The translations under genes and the position numbers were made by a program. Source: a virus (taxonomy: Duplodnaviria; Caudoviricetes). From it: 64,000 bases of DNA. Positions 46,893 to 56,250 of the stretch are shown here, piece after piece (positions within the stretch are counted from its first letter, which is position 1; each line of letters opens with the position of its first letter). The stretch lies in the IMG/VR virus record IMGVR_UViG_3300021431_000075, positions 384,001 through 448,000 of that record; one strand, 5' to 3'. The notes beneath the pieces are model-generated. The model had not been told where the DNA came from. It did not search any database and saw only the letters and a program-made list of their open reading frames with translations.

Positions 46893-49568
46893 ATGAAAAT
46901 AGATATAGGTCTCGAAAGAGAAGTAGATTCAATCATAAGAAAGCATATAGATGAATATATGCAGTCAAACAATGATGATATGTTTTTAAATGAAGCCGAT
47001 TTGTTTTTTGACAGAAACGTGCAACTGATGAGTCCTTTCGACCCTGATGGAAGCAGATATTCATGGGGAGGAGGTTCTTCAGCCCGTGGTAGTAAATTTT
47101 ATGAAGAGTTAAGATTAGCAAAAGAAGAACGTGAAGTTGACTTCATATATGGAAAGTATCTTCAGAAGTTCTTCAAAGAGCAGATAACTCATCCGTTTAA
47201 GTGTGACGGTCTCATCAACACAGAAACAGCATCTGGAAAGAAGTTAAAGATCATATTCGAGTACAAGTATGATTTAGATTTTAAGAAGAAGAAAGATATT
47301 GCAGAAGTACTTGTACAAGTTGTTTATTACTTAAAGAAATTCGAGAACAACGGTCAGCCGTTACCTAATATTTGTTTTATTGGTGATATAAACGAGTGCT
47401 TTGTTATGCACACTGATGTGCTTAACAAGTACCTCGATGAACCGGTTGATTGGAATTCTGCCCCATCACATGCAAAGTTCACGAATGGCACGCTTGTTAG
47501 CAAGATTGCAGCAGACAAAGATATCAATCCGTTTGTATTCTGGATTGACGAGAAGTTCAAGTTGTCTGATGTTATTGACTGTGTTTCTGATTTGGCAGAG
47601 AACGTTCAGAGACATATTCATATTACTTCTCACAATATCGGTTCCATTTATGAGTATTTCTGTGATAGAGTTCTTATAGACAAGAACAAGATTTCTACGA
47701 AAGATTCTGTTGCTATTTTTATCGGTGTCTTAACAGACAAGGAAGAGTATTATATGCATCCAAGAAAGAAGAATACTCTTGTTGCGGCTCCGTTGAATAT
47801 GGAAGTTGGTGTCAAGAACGATGCTTTGGATGCATTCTTCAGTTACTTTACAGAGAACTATTCAGTTGCAGAGAGACGAGTATTCAGCGGAATTGCTGAT
47901 AGATTGATTGAAGATGCAGATAGAAGAAAGAGCGGTGATTTCTGGACTCCGACAAAGTGGGTTGACTATGCACATCAGAGAATCAGCGAAGTTGTTGGTG
48001 ATAACTGGAAGAATGAGTTTGTTGTCTGGGATAACTGTGCTGGAACATGTAACTTGACAAGAGACTATAAGTTCAAGGAATTGTATATTTCGACTTTGTT
48101 TGACAGCGAACTGCAGATGGGAAAGAAGTTCAACAGAGAAGCAGTGCATTTCCAGTTTGATTTCTTGAATGACTTTATTCCGATGCCGGGAGAACTTGTC
48201 AAGAGTGATTGCAAGTTGCCTGATGGTTTGCTGGATGCTTTTGAACAGAACAAGAAGATTATGTTCTTGATAAATCCGCCATATGCATCGGGTGTTGATA
48301 GTGCTCGTGGACAAGAAACTAAAACCGGAACAGCAATCAATGCAACAAATAGAAATATGATTGCGGATGGCTATGGAAAATCTGCACAGAATCTTTATAC
48401 ACAGTTTTTATATAGAATTGAAAAGATTAAACAAGAATACGATTTAACAAATTTGTATATTTGTATATTTTGTCCAACGTTGTTTATGACTGGTGGTTCT
48501 TTTGATAAATTTAGAAAATTCTTTTTTAATGATTTTGATTATGTTAGTGGATTTCAGTTTCAAGCCAGTCAATTTGCTGACGTTGCATCAAATTGGGGAA
48601 TTGGTTTTACGATTTGGAAATCTGGAAAAACATTAGATAAAGAGAACTTCGAACTTGATATTTGTGATGTTGATAAAAGTAGTTATACAGGAGATGTTGA
48701 AATAAAAGACCAGAAATGTTTGTATAATCTTGATTATTCACAGACGTTAAGAGAATGGACAATCGAACCAGTGAAGAAATTGAAAACATTTGATATGCCA
48801 AATGTTTCAAGCGGAATAACAGTTAAAGATTCTGTAAATAATCGTGGAAGAAATTTCAAAGGTGCATTTGGTTATTTTCTTTCTAATTCAAATAATATAG
48901 AAAAAAATGCTCAGAGTGTAAGTTTGTTTACTACACCAGTTTCAATGGGTTCTGGTTTTGGCATCAACAAAGACAATTTTGATAGAGTAGTTGTGTCATT
49001 CTCTGCAAGAAGACTTATTATAGCAGATTGGACAAATTGGACTGATGAATATCTTGCTCCGGATGAATCCCATCCGGATTATAAAGAGTTTGTGAATGAT
49101 TCGGTTGTATTCTCATTATTTGAATCCAAGTCAAACCAATCATCTCTCCGTTCTGTCGAATATAAAGACAAGTCTTGGGATATCAAGAACGAATTCTTCT
49201 GGCTTTCTACAAGCGCTATGCAGAAACTTGCAGAGAATTTTGACAATGATGATTGCTATGATGACGCATTGACATCAGATGAAAGATTCGTTTATAAGTA
49301 TCTTCAAAACATAACTCTGTCAAAAGAAGCGCAAGCAGTTCTTGACTATGCAACAAAACTTGTCTATCAGTCGTTCGAGTTCAGACAGATGTTCGATGAT
49401 GACTATCCAGATTATCAAATCAATAACTGGGACTGTGGTTACTATCAACTCAAGGCTCTCTGGAAGGCATATATGCCGGAAGAACTTGCAAAGTTCAGAA
49501 CTTTGTTCAACAATCTTGCAAATAAGATGAGACCTATGGTATATGAACTCGGTTTCTTGAAGAAGTAA
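46893..49568 (+). CDS. Type IIG-like fused restriction endonuclease / amino-methyltransferase
   Basis: KCDG...FEYK...QVVYY (PD-(D/E)xK-like); GDFWTP; VWDNCAGTCNL (motif I); INPPY (motif IV). AATAAATA at 46862-46869 supports ATG 46893. Confidence 0.8.
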   Translation: MKIDIGLEREVDSIIRKHIDEYMQSNNDDMFLNEADLFFDRNVQLMSPFDPDGSRYSWGGGSSARGSKFYEELRLAKEEREVDFIYGKYLQKFFKEQITHPFKCDGLINTETASGKKLKIIFEYKYDLDFKKKKDIAEVLVQVVYYLKKFENNGQPLPNICFIGDINECFVMHTDVLNKYLDEPVDWNSAPSHAKFTNGTLVSKIAADKDINPFVFWIDEKFKLSDVIDCVSDLAENVQRHIHITSHNIGSIYEYFCDRVLIDKNKISTKDSVAIFIGVLTDKEEYYMHPRKKNTLVAAPLNMEVGVKNDALDAFFSYFTENYSVAERRVFSGIADRLIEDADRRKSGDFWTPTKWVDYAHQRISEVVGDNWKNEFVVWDNCAGTCNLTRDYKFKELYISTLFDSELQMGKKFNREAVHFQFDFLNDFIPMPGELVKSDCKLPDGLLDAFEQNKKIMFLINPPYASGVDSARGQETKTGTAINATNRNMIADGYGKSAQNLYTQFLYRIEKIKQEYDLTNLYICIFCPTLFMTGGSFDKFRKFFFNDFDYVSGFQFQASQFADVASNWGIGFTIWKSGKTLDKENFELDICDVDKSSYTGDVEIKDQKCLYNLDYSQTLREWTIEPVKKLKTFDMPNVSSGITVKDSVNNRGRNFKGAFGYFLSNSNNIEKNAQSVSLFTTPVSMGSGFGINKDNFDRVVVSFSARRLIIADWTNWTDEYLAPDESHPDYKEFVNDSVVFSLFESKSNQSSLRSVEYKDKSWDIKNEFFWLSTSAMQKLAENFDNDDCYDDALTSDERFVYKYLQNITLSKEAQAVLDYATKLVYQSFEFRQMFDDDYPDYQINNWDCGYYQLKALWKAYMPEELAKFRTLFNNLANKMRPMVYELGFLKK

Positions 49569-49590
49569 CAAATACAATCATTTTCAAATA

Positions 49591-49625
49591 AAATCTACTC
49601 TTTCTGTCAAGAGTAGATTTTTTTT
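49591..49625 (+). terminator. Intrinsic terminator after the R-M gene
   Basis: AAATCTACTCTT-TCTGTC-AAGAGTAGATTT plus T-run. Confidence 0.8.
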
Positions 49626-49716
49626 GTTTTTATGTTCATTTGACAAAACAAAGATGATTGATTTAGTCTTTGTTTGTTAAATAATGTTAAAAATGATTAT
49701 TTTTCTTTTTATTTTC

Positions 49717-49747
49717 TTTGCTGTGTATAAAATGTTGTGTATATTTG
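49717..49747 (+). promoter_or_regulatory. Bacteroidota sigma-A-type (early) promoter
   Basis: TTTG-N19-TATATTTG, same geometry as 1117-1147. Confidence 0.78.
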
Positions 49748-49787
49748 CATCAAACATTCAAAGTCAATAACGTAAAGCAACAAAATT

Positions 49788-50633
49788 ATGGCACAGACAA
49801 TTTTATATGACGCTTCGATGGGTTTCTTCCTATTCTTCAGAGGCGGTTATGACAAAGAAACGAAGAAAGGTCTCGACCCTTATGAGTTTGATGTAGATCC
49901 GATTTCTACATACAAAGGATATGCGCCATCGTATCCAGTAAAGCAGGGTTACATGATTCATGCAAATACATCAGATGAAAGATTTAGAGTTGGCAAGTTC
50001 TTCTTCGGAGAGTCGTTTGAACTTGAATCCCGTCAAGATTATGTTGCATCTGGTGATTATATGTTATGTTTTGACAAGAATCTCAGAACTGTTTTCTATA
50101 AGAAAGGTGATTCTGCACCAGAACGAGTCACGAAATATTGCAAGACGCGCAACAAGTTCTATAAAGAGTGGATCAAACCATTTTGTGAGTATCAGCCGGA
50201 GTTCATTCCTCCATGTGATATAACAGGTTATTCATTCAAGAAAGGACAGCAATATCTTGTATGTTCGGGTTCTTCATTCAATTATTATGAAATATTGCCG
50301 GAGATTGCACGTCTGGAAAGTTTCAAAGAGGTTCAATTCAGGCCGGAAATCAGCGAATATCTTTGGAATCTTGAGCCGATAGACCTGTCGCAATCTTGGG
50401 ACATGTCTGATGAAGAAAAAGCAGAGTTTGAGCGTAAGTTCGCTGCAATAGATGAAGAACGTAGAAAAGCTGCTGAAGAACTTGAAGAAAGAAAAGCAAC
50501 TCCAGGGTTCTGTGATGTTTGCGGAGAACCGGCAGAATATGTAGAAGATCCATACTACTACGAAATGTACGGAAAGCGTTGTATGCGCTGGTTATGCCCG
50601 GCTTGCTATCGTGATTCTTGTAATGACGTTTAA
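49788..50633 (+). CDS. Early hypothetical protein with C-terminal zinc finger
   Basis: CDVCG...CPAC motif after a coiled segment. Confidence 0.8.
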   Translation: MAQTILYDASMGFFLFFRGGYDKETKKGLDPYEFDVDPISTYKGYAPSYPVKQGYMIHANTSDERFRVGKFFFGESFELESRQDYVASGDYMLCFDKNLRTVFYKKGDSAPERVTKYCKTRNKFYKEWIKPFCEYQPEFIPPCDITGYSFKKGQQYLVCSGSSFNYYEILPEIARLESFKEVQFRPEISEYLWNLEPIDLSQSWDMSDEEKAEFERKFAAIDEERRKAAEELEERKATPGFCDVCGEPAEYVEDPYYYEMYGKRCMRWLCPACYRDSCNDV

Positions 50634-50725
50634 CTAAAAAATATTTTAATAAAATTCTACTCTTTTTTAAACTATTTGTTTAATCGAGAGTAGAATTTTT
50701 TGCATTTAAATATGCACATTCAATA

Positions 50726-50971
50726 ATGAAGACAACTATTCAATTGGACATAGAGATTTCAGATGCATTTCTTGACAAGTGGAATACAGGAATGCTCGGT
50801 TTCTTTATGGACTCTTGCAATAATGATGATGAGGCATTGAAGAAAGTTAAAGAGAACTCATATGAGAATACTCTTGCATCTTGGATAGAAAGACAGATTA
50901 CCGACTATCACCAAAACTCAATAACAAGTTGCAAGGCTTCAATCATTAAAACAGACACTGACAGCGAATGA
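50726..50971 (+). CDS. Hypothetical protein
   Basis: 81-aa ORF, ATGA coupling to the GT10 gene. Confidence 0.7.
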   Translation: MKTTIQLDIEISDAFLDKWNTGMLGFFMDSCNNDDEALKKVKENSYENTLASWIERQITDYHQNSITSCKASIIKTDTDSE

Positions 50972-51942
50972 GAACGATAAACTTGGCATTCGAGCATTTG
51001 TATGATGACTTTGATGTTACGAATAACATATTCACAGACTTGTTGAGCAACTATTTCAATATTTGTATTTGTTCATACAAGACAAAGAGTCCTGAAGATA
51101 TAGACTTGCTAATATATTCAAGTTTTTATACATTGGAGAACAGGAATCTCATAGAGGATCATTATGCTGATGTGAAGAAGTTGTTCATATCCGGTGAGAA
51201 CGAGAGTCCGAACTTTAACATTTGTGACTTTGCTATGACTTGCAATGATATAACGTTCGGCAATCGTCATTTCAGGTTGCCTTATTATGCAATGTCATAT
51301 TATAATAAGGAACTACCGGAACGAACATGGGATGACAGCCTGTTTGACAGGAAATTCTGTTCTTTTGTTGTTAGCAATTATAATCTTTCTAACCCGGCAA
51401 GGTTCAACGTGTTCCAGATGCTCAATAATGAGTATAGCAAGGTTGATTCAGGCGGCATGGCTTTCAACAATATCGGAACATCCGGTGTTAAAGACAAGCA
51501 CGAGTTCATTTCCCAGTACAAGTTCAACATAGCAGGAGAGAACTCGTTCGTTGATGACTATGTCACCGAGAAGATAATGGATGCGTTTGCAGCGCGCAGC
51601 ATTCCGATTTATATAGGAACTGATAAGATATTCAGGGATTTCAACAAGGAAGCGTTCATATACTTGGATAACTATGACTATGAGAATCTTCTGAACAAGG
51701 TCCGCAAGGTCAACGAGGATAAGGAACTTTACAAGCATATGATGACAGTTCCGATATTCAACAGGGACGGTGTCATGGACGAGTACATAGATGGATTGTC
51801 GGAGTATCTTTATAACATTGTAGAGAACTGGCATCCTTATGATCACAATGGCGGAAGAATATACGGACAGAGGATGATGTTTAAGTCGCTGTTTGATATT
51901 TTGCTGCAGTTCGAGAAAAGTGATTTGGTTCAATTTTCTTAA
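50968..51942 (+). CDS. Glycosyltransferase family 10 (alpha-1,3/4-fucosyltransferase-like)
   Basis: ISGENESP, RKFCSFVVSN, VDSGG, FISQYKFNIAGENS..DYVTEKIMDAFAARSIPIYIG (GT10 signature). Confidence 0.9.
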   Translation: MRTINLAFEHLYDDFDVTNNIFTDLLSNYFNICICSYKTKSPEDIDLLIYSSFYTLENRNLIEDHYADVKKLFISGENESPNFNICDFAMTCNDITFGNRHFRLPYYAMSYYNKELPERTWDDSLFDRKFCSFVVSNYNLSNPARFNVFQMLNNEYSKVDSGGMAFNNIGTSGVKDKHEFISQYKFNIAGENSFVDDYVTEKIMDAFAARSIPIYIGTDKIFRDFNKEAFIYLDNYDYENLLNKVRKVNEDKELYKHMMTVPIFNRDGVMDEYIDGLSEYLYNIVENWHPYDHNGGRIYGQRMMFKSLFDILLQFEKSDLVQFS

Positions 51943-51981
51943 TTATTGTTAAACGAATGATTTTTATTATCAGATTTCTTT

Positions 51982-52009
51982 TTTGGAATCGATAAAATCT
52001 ATATCTTTG
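51982..52009 (+). promoter_or_regulatory. Probable Bacteroidota-type early promoter
   Basis: TATCTTTG -7 box at 52002-52009; upstream TTTG has a shorter (16-nt) spacer. Confidence 0.55.
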
Positions 52010-52032
52010 CACATAAAATCAATAGATTTATT

Positions 52033-52245
52033 ATGATTATATCTGACGATAACCCCAAATTGTATGAAAACTTTGTTCTCAATAAGGAGAACTATGACAA
52101 GATAGCGGAGCATGTTGACGAGTTCAACAAGGATGCATATGAGAAGTTCGGAATCAAGTACGGCATCGCGATGTTCAAGGACCGCATCATTGTTGACGAT
52201 TTGTGCAAGTTGATGTGGGTTGAATTGATTGACAGTATTTTTTAA
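52033..52245 (+). CDS. Hypothetical protein
   Basis: 70-aa ORF after the promoter. Confidence 0.7.
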   Translation: MIISDDNPKLYENFVLNKENYDKIAEHVDEFNKDAYEKFGIKYGIAMFKDRIIVDDLCKLMWVELIDSIF

Positions 52246-52257
52246 AATAATAAAGCA

Positions 52258-53400
52258 ATGAATGAGATAGTTAATGTGAATGATTCAAGCACTGGTGCTA
52301 ATATGCTTGTTCGTTACTCGGAAGAGTTGAATTCTCTTACCGAGAATGACAAGGAGAAATACCGTGCTCTTACAAGTCAGATTGATGTTGACAATCCCCG
52401 TTCGGTGTCTTCGTTCGGATATGATATTAACATGACTCTGGCAAATCAGGCAGATGTTTTGCTGGAAAAGTCGAATGCGAACAAGGCGTCTGAATTCAAC
52501 AAGCTGACAAGCGATTTGTTGATACAAATCAAAGATATTGGCTTGGCAACAGAAGAAGATGAAAAAGACAACAAGTATTTTGATTGGATGAAGTCTCTTC
52601 CTTTTGTCAATCGTTTTGTCAAGGTTGCCACTGATGTTAAAATCAAGAATGCCAGTCCGAAAGAGAACGTGGACGAAGTCAAGAAGAAGATTCAGTCGTT
52701 GTCTGTTCTTGCACAGAAGGAGATTGCGGTTCTTGATGAAATGTACAAAAACATGGTGAGTTATAAGAAAATGAACCGTGAAAGAATCATAGCATTGATG
52801 CTTCTTGAGAAAGAGGCTAAAGAATCTATTGAAAAACTCGAATCAAGCGGAGAGTGGATCGACGCTTATGAGATGCGAAACAAGAAGAAATTCTTGAACG
52901 CGCTGTCTAAACGCATAACGGATATGAGCATGATTGATGTCGAGTTTGATACGACTCTCCATCAGATTGATGCGATTTGCGGCAACTATGATACAATAGT
53001 TTATAATGCGCAAGTCATTGTCGGACAGGTTATCCCGATATGGAAGAATCATATCGTCATCGGCAACGAGCAGAGCACGCAGAAACTTTGCGCTGACATG
53101 GAAGATAAGGTTCGGACGTCTGCAAACGACATGCTTAAGAAGAATGCTGAAATGCTGAAACAGAATAGCATCGAGATTGCCAAGATGAACGAGGCTCCTG
53201 TCTTTGATATTGACACTCTGAAGAAATCGACAGAGACTTTGATTGAGACAATCAAGGAAGTTGATAACATTCACAAAAAGGGTCAGGAATCAAGGGCTGG
53301 CATCGTGAAGGAAGTCGAGAATATCAAGCAGAGACTGTTAACGGCAATAGACGAAAACACTGCAAAAAATCTGATTGGAAGTGATTCCCATTTTATCTAA
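52258..53400 (+). CDS. telA: TelA/KlaA-like toxic-anion resistance protein
   Basis: All-helical 380 aa; SVSSFG, LPFVNRF, VIPIWKN, NDMLKKNAEMLKQNSIEIAK, DIDTLKKS. Confidence 0.8.
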   Translation: MNEIVNVNDSSTGANMLVRYSEELNSLTENDKEKYRALTSQIDVDNPRSVSSFGYDINMTLANQADVLLEKSNANKASEFNKLTSDLLIQIKDIGLATEEDEKDNKYFDWMKSLPFVNRFVKVATDVKIKNASPKENVDEVKKKIQSLSVLAQKEIAVLDEMYKNMVSYKKMNRERIIALMLLEKEAKESIEKLESSGEWIDAYEMRNKKKFLNALSKRITDMSMIDVEFDTTLHQIDAICGNYDTIVYNAQVIVGQVIPIWKNHIVIGNEQSTQKLCADMEDKVRTSANDMLKKNAEMLKQNSIEIAKMNEAPVFDIDTLKKSTETLIETIKEVDNIHKKGQESRAGIVKEVENIKQRLLTAIDENTAKNLIGSDSHFI

Positions 53401-54274
53401 GATAGCAAACAGGTTTCGTTCTCGAACAAAGGATGAAGAGTCTGGAGATGATGTTTCTTACACCATCAAGATTGATGATGTCGGTTATATAACGACAAAC
53501 ACGTCATCAATTCAGATAAAAGACAGCAAGCTCGGGATTGTAAATTATGTTTATGAAGATACTTATGTATATGACTTGTCAGACGAGTCGGACTTGGAAG
53601 ATTTCAAGAAAGAAACTGCAAATGACGGCGTGTCCGATTATAGTATCTGTATCGAAACACTCAACGGCTACATTAGCAAGTATAGGGATTTCTATATAGG
53701 TCACTTCGACGAACATGTCTTGTTGCAATCCGAATTGCGCGGAATATGCATCATCTTGAAGAATTTTCTGTTCTTTCTTGACGAGATGCCGGTTGAAGCG
53801 GTTGCAAGATTGAACATGTTGTCTTCTCTTATATCAGACACTGACAATAACTATGTCATAGAGAGTCGTGCTCATGCGGATGGAAAGATGTATCTGAAGT
53901 TGTTCAAGGATTCGTATGACAAGTTAATTCATGAGCGATTCAACAAGAAGGTTATAGAAACAAAGAGAGCGGCGAAGAATGCCGCGAAGAAGTCATGCAA
54001 GTTCAAGTATTATGTAGGAGACCGATATTTCGTATGGAACGTTGATACGCGGACAAATGAGTTAATCGAGAGTGTGTACGAGGTCAAGAAAACGATATAC
54101 ACGATTGGAGCGAATCAAGTGAATGTCGTTGTTATGAAGTTTATTTCGGGAGTTCGTAGAAACATGAGACCGGTTAGTCCGTTGGACTGCAATGCTTTCC
54201 ATATAAAGTACGAGCCGGACTTGTTCATATTTCCGATGAATGCGAGACTTATCAAGAAGAGCGTTAAATTGTAA
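53375..54274 (+). CDS. Hypothetical protein
   Basis: About 299-aa ORF; start uncertain. Confidence 0.7.
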   Translation: MEVIPILSKIANRFRSRTKDEESGDDVSYTIKIDDVGYITTNTSSIQIKDSKLGIVNYVYEDTYVYDLSDESDLEDFKKETANDGVSDYSICIETLNGYISKYRDFYIGHFDEHVLLQSELRGICIILKNFLFFLDEMPVEAVARLNMLSSLISDTDNNYVIESRAHADGKMYLKLFKDSYDKLIHERFNKKVIETKRAAKNAAKKSCKFKYYVGDRYFVWNVDTRTNELIESVYEVKKTIYTIGANQVNVVVMKFISGVRRNMRPVSPLDCNAFHIKYEPDLFIFPMNARLIKKSVKL

Positions 54275-54298
54275 TAATGATTAAAAGAAAGAAACAAA

Positions 54299-54724
54299 AT
54301 GTATACCAAGATATTAATGCTGCATGATAACACGACGAATGACGTTATCACGGTGAATACAGATTTTCTATGTTATGCGTATACAAATGAATATGGAGTG
54401 ACATCTCTGAAGTTGTCATGTCTTAGCGCAGATGAGAATACGGTTCTTGTCAAGGAAAGTGTTGCGAAGATATATAGTCAGGTAGACGACAAGTTCATTT
54501 GTCTCCATAATTCGGATGATAATAGTCTTGCCATATTTAGCATCAAAGATTTCATATATTCATATTATGACCGGACTAATAATATTGGAGCGGTTGTTAT
54601 GAATATCGACGATGATTATCCATGTTTTGAAGTCAATGAGACTCCACACAAGATATGTCGAAAGATAATCGAAAAGGATAAAAAAGATGAAGAAACGAAC
54701 AATGATGAAATGAAAAAGGAATAG
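54299..54724 (+). CDS. Hypothetical protein with an internally duplicated small beta-domain
   Basis: ILMLHDN...VKESVAKIY repeated as FICLHNS...VNETPHKIC. Confidence 0.75.
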   Translation: MYTKILMLHDNTTNDVITVNTDFLCYAYTNEYGVTSLKLSCLSADENTVLVKESVAKIYSQVDDKFICLHNSDDNSLAIFSIKDFIYSYYDRTNNIGAVVMNIDDDYPCFEVNETPHKICRKIIEKDKKDEETNNDEMKKE

Positions 54725-54725
54725 C

Positions 54726-55050
54726 GTTAGAAGTTCATCTTTCTAACAGAAAGTTTGGGCGGTATTCCCGATTTTGGTTTATGCAAGTTCTGGATATTTG
54801 TGCCATTATTTACTATTATATTTACATTTCTTGGGCATGAAATTCAGACAAAAAGCACCTTATGGGTTTATACAATTCTATCGCTTTGTGTTACCAGTCC
54901 GACTTGGGTTGCTTTGCAGGACGGAGATTTGCGATTACAGCCGGGAAGTTATACCCGTCACTGACGAATGTCCCTGCTGTCTGGCTGTATGAACATTTTG
55001 AAGACTTGTGAAGTTCATCCAATGTTAATGGGTTGGTAGCACAATTATAC
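54726..55050 (+). ncRNA. Candidate structured RNA (unassigned)
   Basis: Several stems, e.g. 54789-54804/54834-54848 and 54936-54944/54981-54989; no convincing ORF. Confidence 0.35.
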
Positions 55051-55051
55051 A

Positions 55052-55090
55052 AGAGACCGCTGTCTGTTTGGCTTGGCAGCGGTCTCTTTT
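55052..55090. terminator. Bidirectional terminator
   Basis: AGAGACCGCTGTC...GGCAGCGGTCTCT plus T-run. Confidence 0.8.
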
Positions 55091-55104
55091 TCTTATTGAT
55101 GATT

Positions 55105-56250
55105 TTAGTCAAATAATGATTTTTCGCATTCAAACTCAACTCCGTACTTGCTCGGTGTGATTTGTGAGAGCTGGTTGTTTCGTTCATCCACAAGAATGAC
55201 ATTTGCTGTGAACTTCTCTCCATTCACTTGCATCTCGAATGTTCCGAAGAATGGGTCGTTGTTGTCTGCGAAGTCGGAAAGTGTCTCTGTTAGTCCGGGT
55301 TCTGTTCTGATGAACGCGTTGACAACAAGATAGTCTGTGTTCTTGTGCCTTTCTGCTTTTATATCGTTCTTCTTGATGCTTGATATAAAAGCCTGATATA
55401 TGAAGTCAATCATTCTTCCGCTTTCATACGGCATGTTCGGCTGCTTGTTGCATTCCATGAAGATGTTCTTGTATATCAGGTTGATTTCTTCAGATGAATC
55501 ATCTGGCTTGATTTCCCGCTTCTTTGTGTTCGATAGAATGAAGTTGAGGTCGAATTCTTTGAACCTCATTCTTCCGAGCCTGATTGCAATAGATGTTATG
55601 TTTCCTCTGTTCGGTTTTGACGCGAACCTGCTATGAAACTCCGTCGGCGTGTACTTGTTGCTTGTATCGGACTTGTAGATGATGCTGTGCATCTTCTTAA
55701 GCGGAGTTTCGTTGAATATCATCTTTCCGTTGCTTGCCGGCCACAAGTTAAACGAGTCTTCATCAGAGAGGAAAGACAATTTATGGAAGTACATGTCTTG
55801 GAAGTCGCTATTGATGAAATGCATTCTGTAAATCTTGTACATGTCTTTCAAGAACTGGTCATAGTCATAGTTTTCATCAGGAACTATCTTGAACTTTACG
55901 CTGAACATAAGAGTCATCGGAGTCGTTCCGTCCGGCGTTTTCTCCTGCAACTCCTTGTTGATTGTCCTGATGTTGAACGCGTCATAGTTGTCATACATCG
56001 TTGTCTTGTCATAGTTCTTGTGAGCATAGTCATATTTTCTGGTTATGTATATGCATGGCTCGGCATTGTCGGTCATGAAATATAACTTGTTATATAGAGA
56101 GACTATGTATCTGACAATGACTTCAGGCTCTATTTCATCTTCATCGATCATGAACGAGTCAACCAGCTGGTAAAATACTTGTTCATCCGTATTGTCAGTA
56201 ACTTCATCTGTCTCTATCTTTGAGAATAACGACTCGTTTAAATTCAACAT
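55105..56250 (-). CDS. Late hypothetical protein with LNES...DEVTD leader
   Basis: MLNLNESLFSKIETDEVTD; minus-strand GATAAATA at 56275-56282. Confidence 0.8.
   Translation of the reverse strand: MLNLNESLFSKIETDEVTDNTDEQVFYQLVDSFMIDEDEIEPEVIVRYIVSLYNKLYFMTDNAEPCIYITRKYDYAHKNYDKTTMYDNYDAFNIRTINKELQEKTPDGTTPMTLMFSVKFKIVPDENYDYDQFLKDMYKIYRMHFINSDFQDMYFHKLSFLSDEDSFNLWPASNGKMIFNETPLKKMHSIIYKSDTSNKYTPTEFHSRFASKPNRGNITSIAIRLGRMRFKEFDLNFILSNTKKREIKPDDSSEEINLIYKNIFMECNKQPNMPYESGRMIDFIYQAFISSIKKNDIKAERHKNTDYLVVNAFIRTEPGLTETLSDFADNNDPFFGTFEMQVNGEKFTANVILVDERNNQLSQITPSKYGVEFECEKSLFD

Noticed and set aside
54961-55005. Hammerhead ribozyme (CTGACGA core)
   Set aside because: No GAAA directly after a stem II and no convincing cleavage-site geometry.
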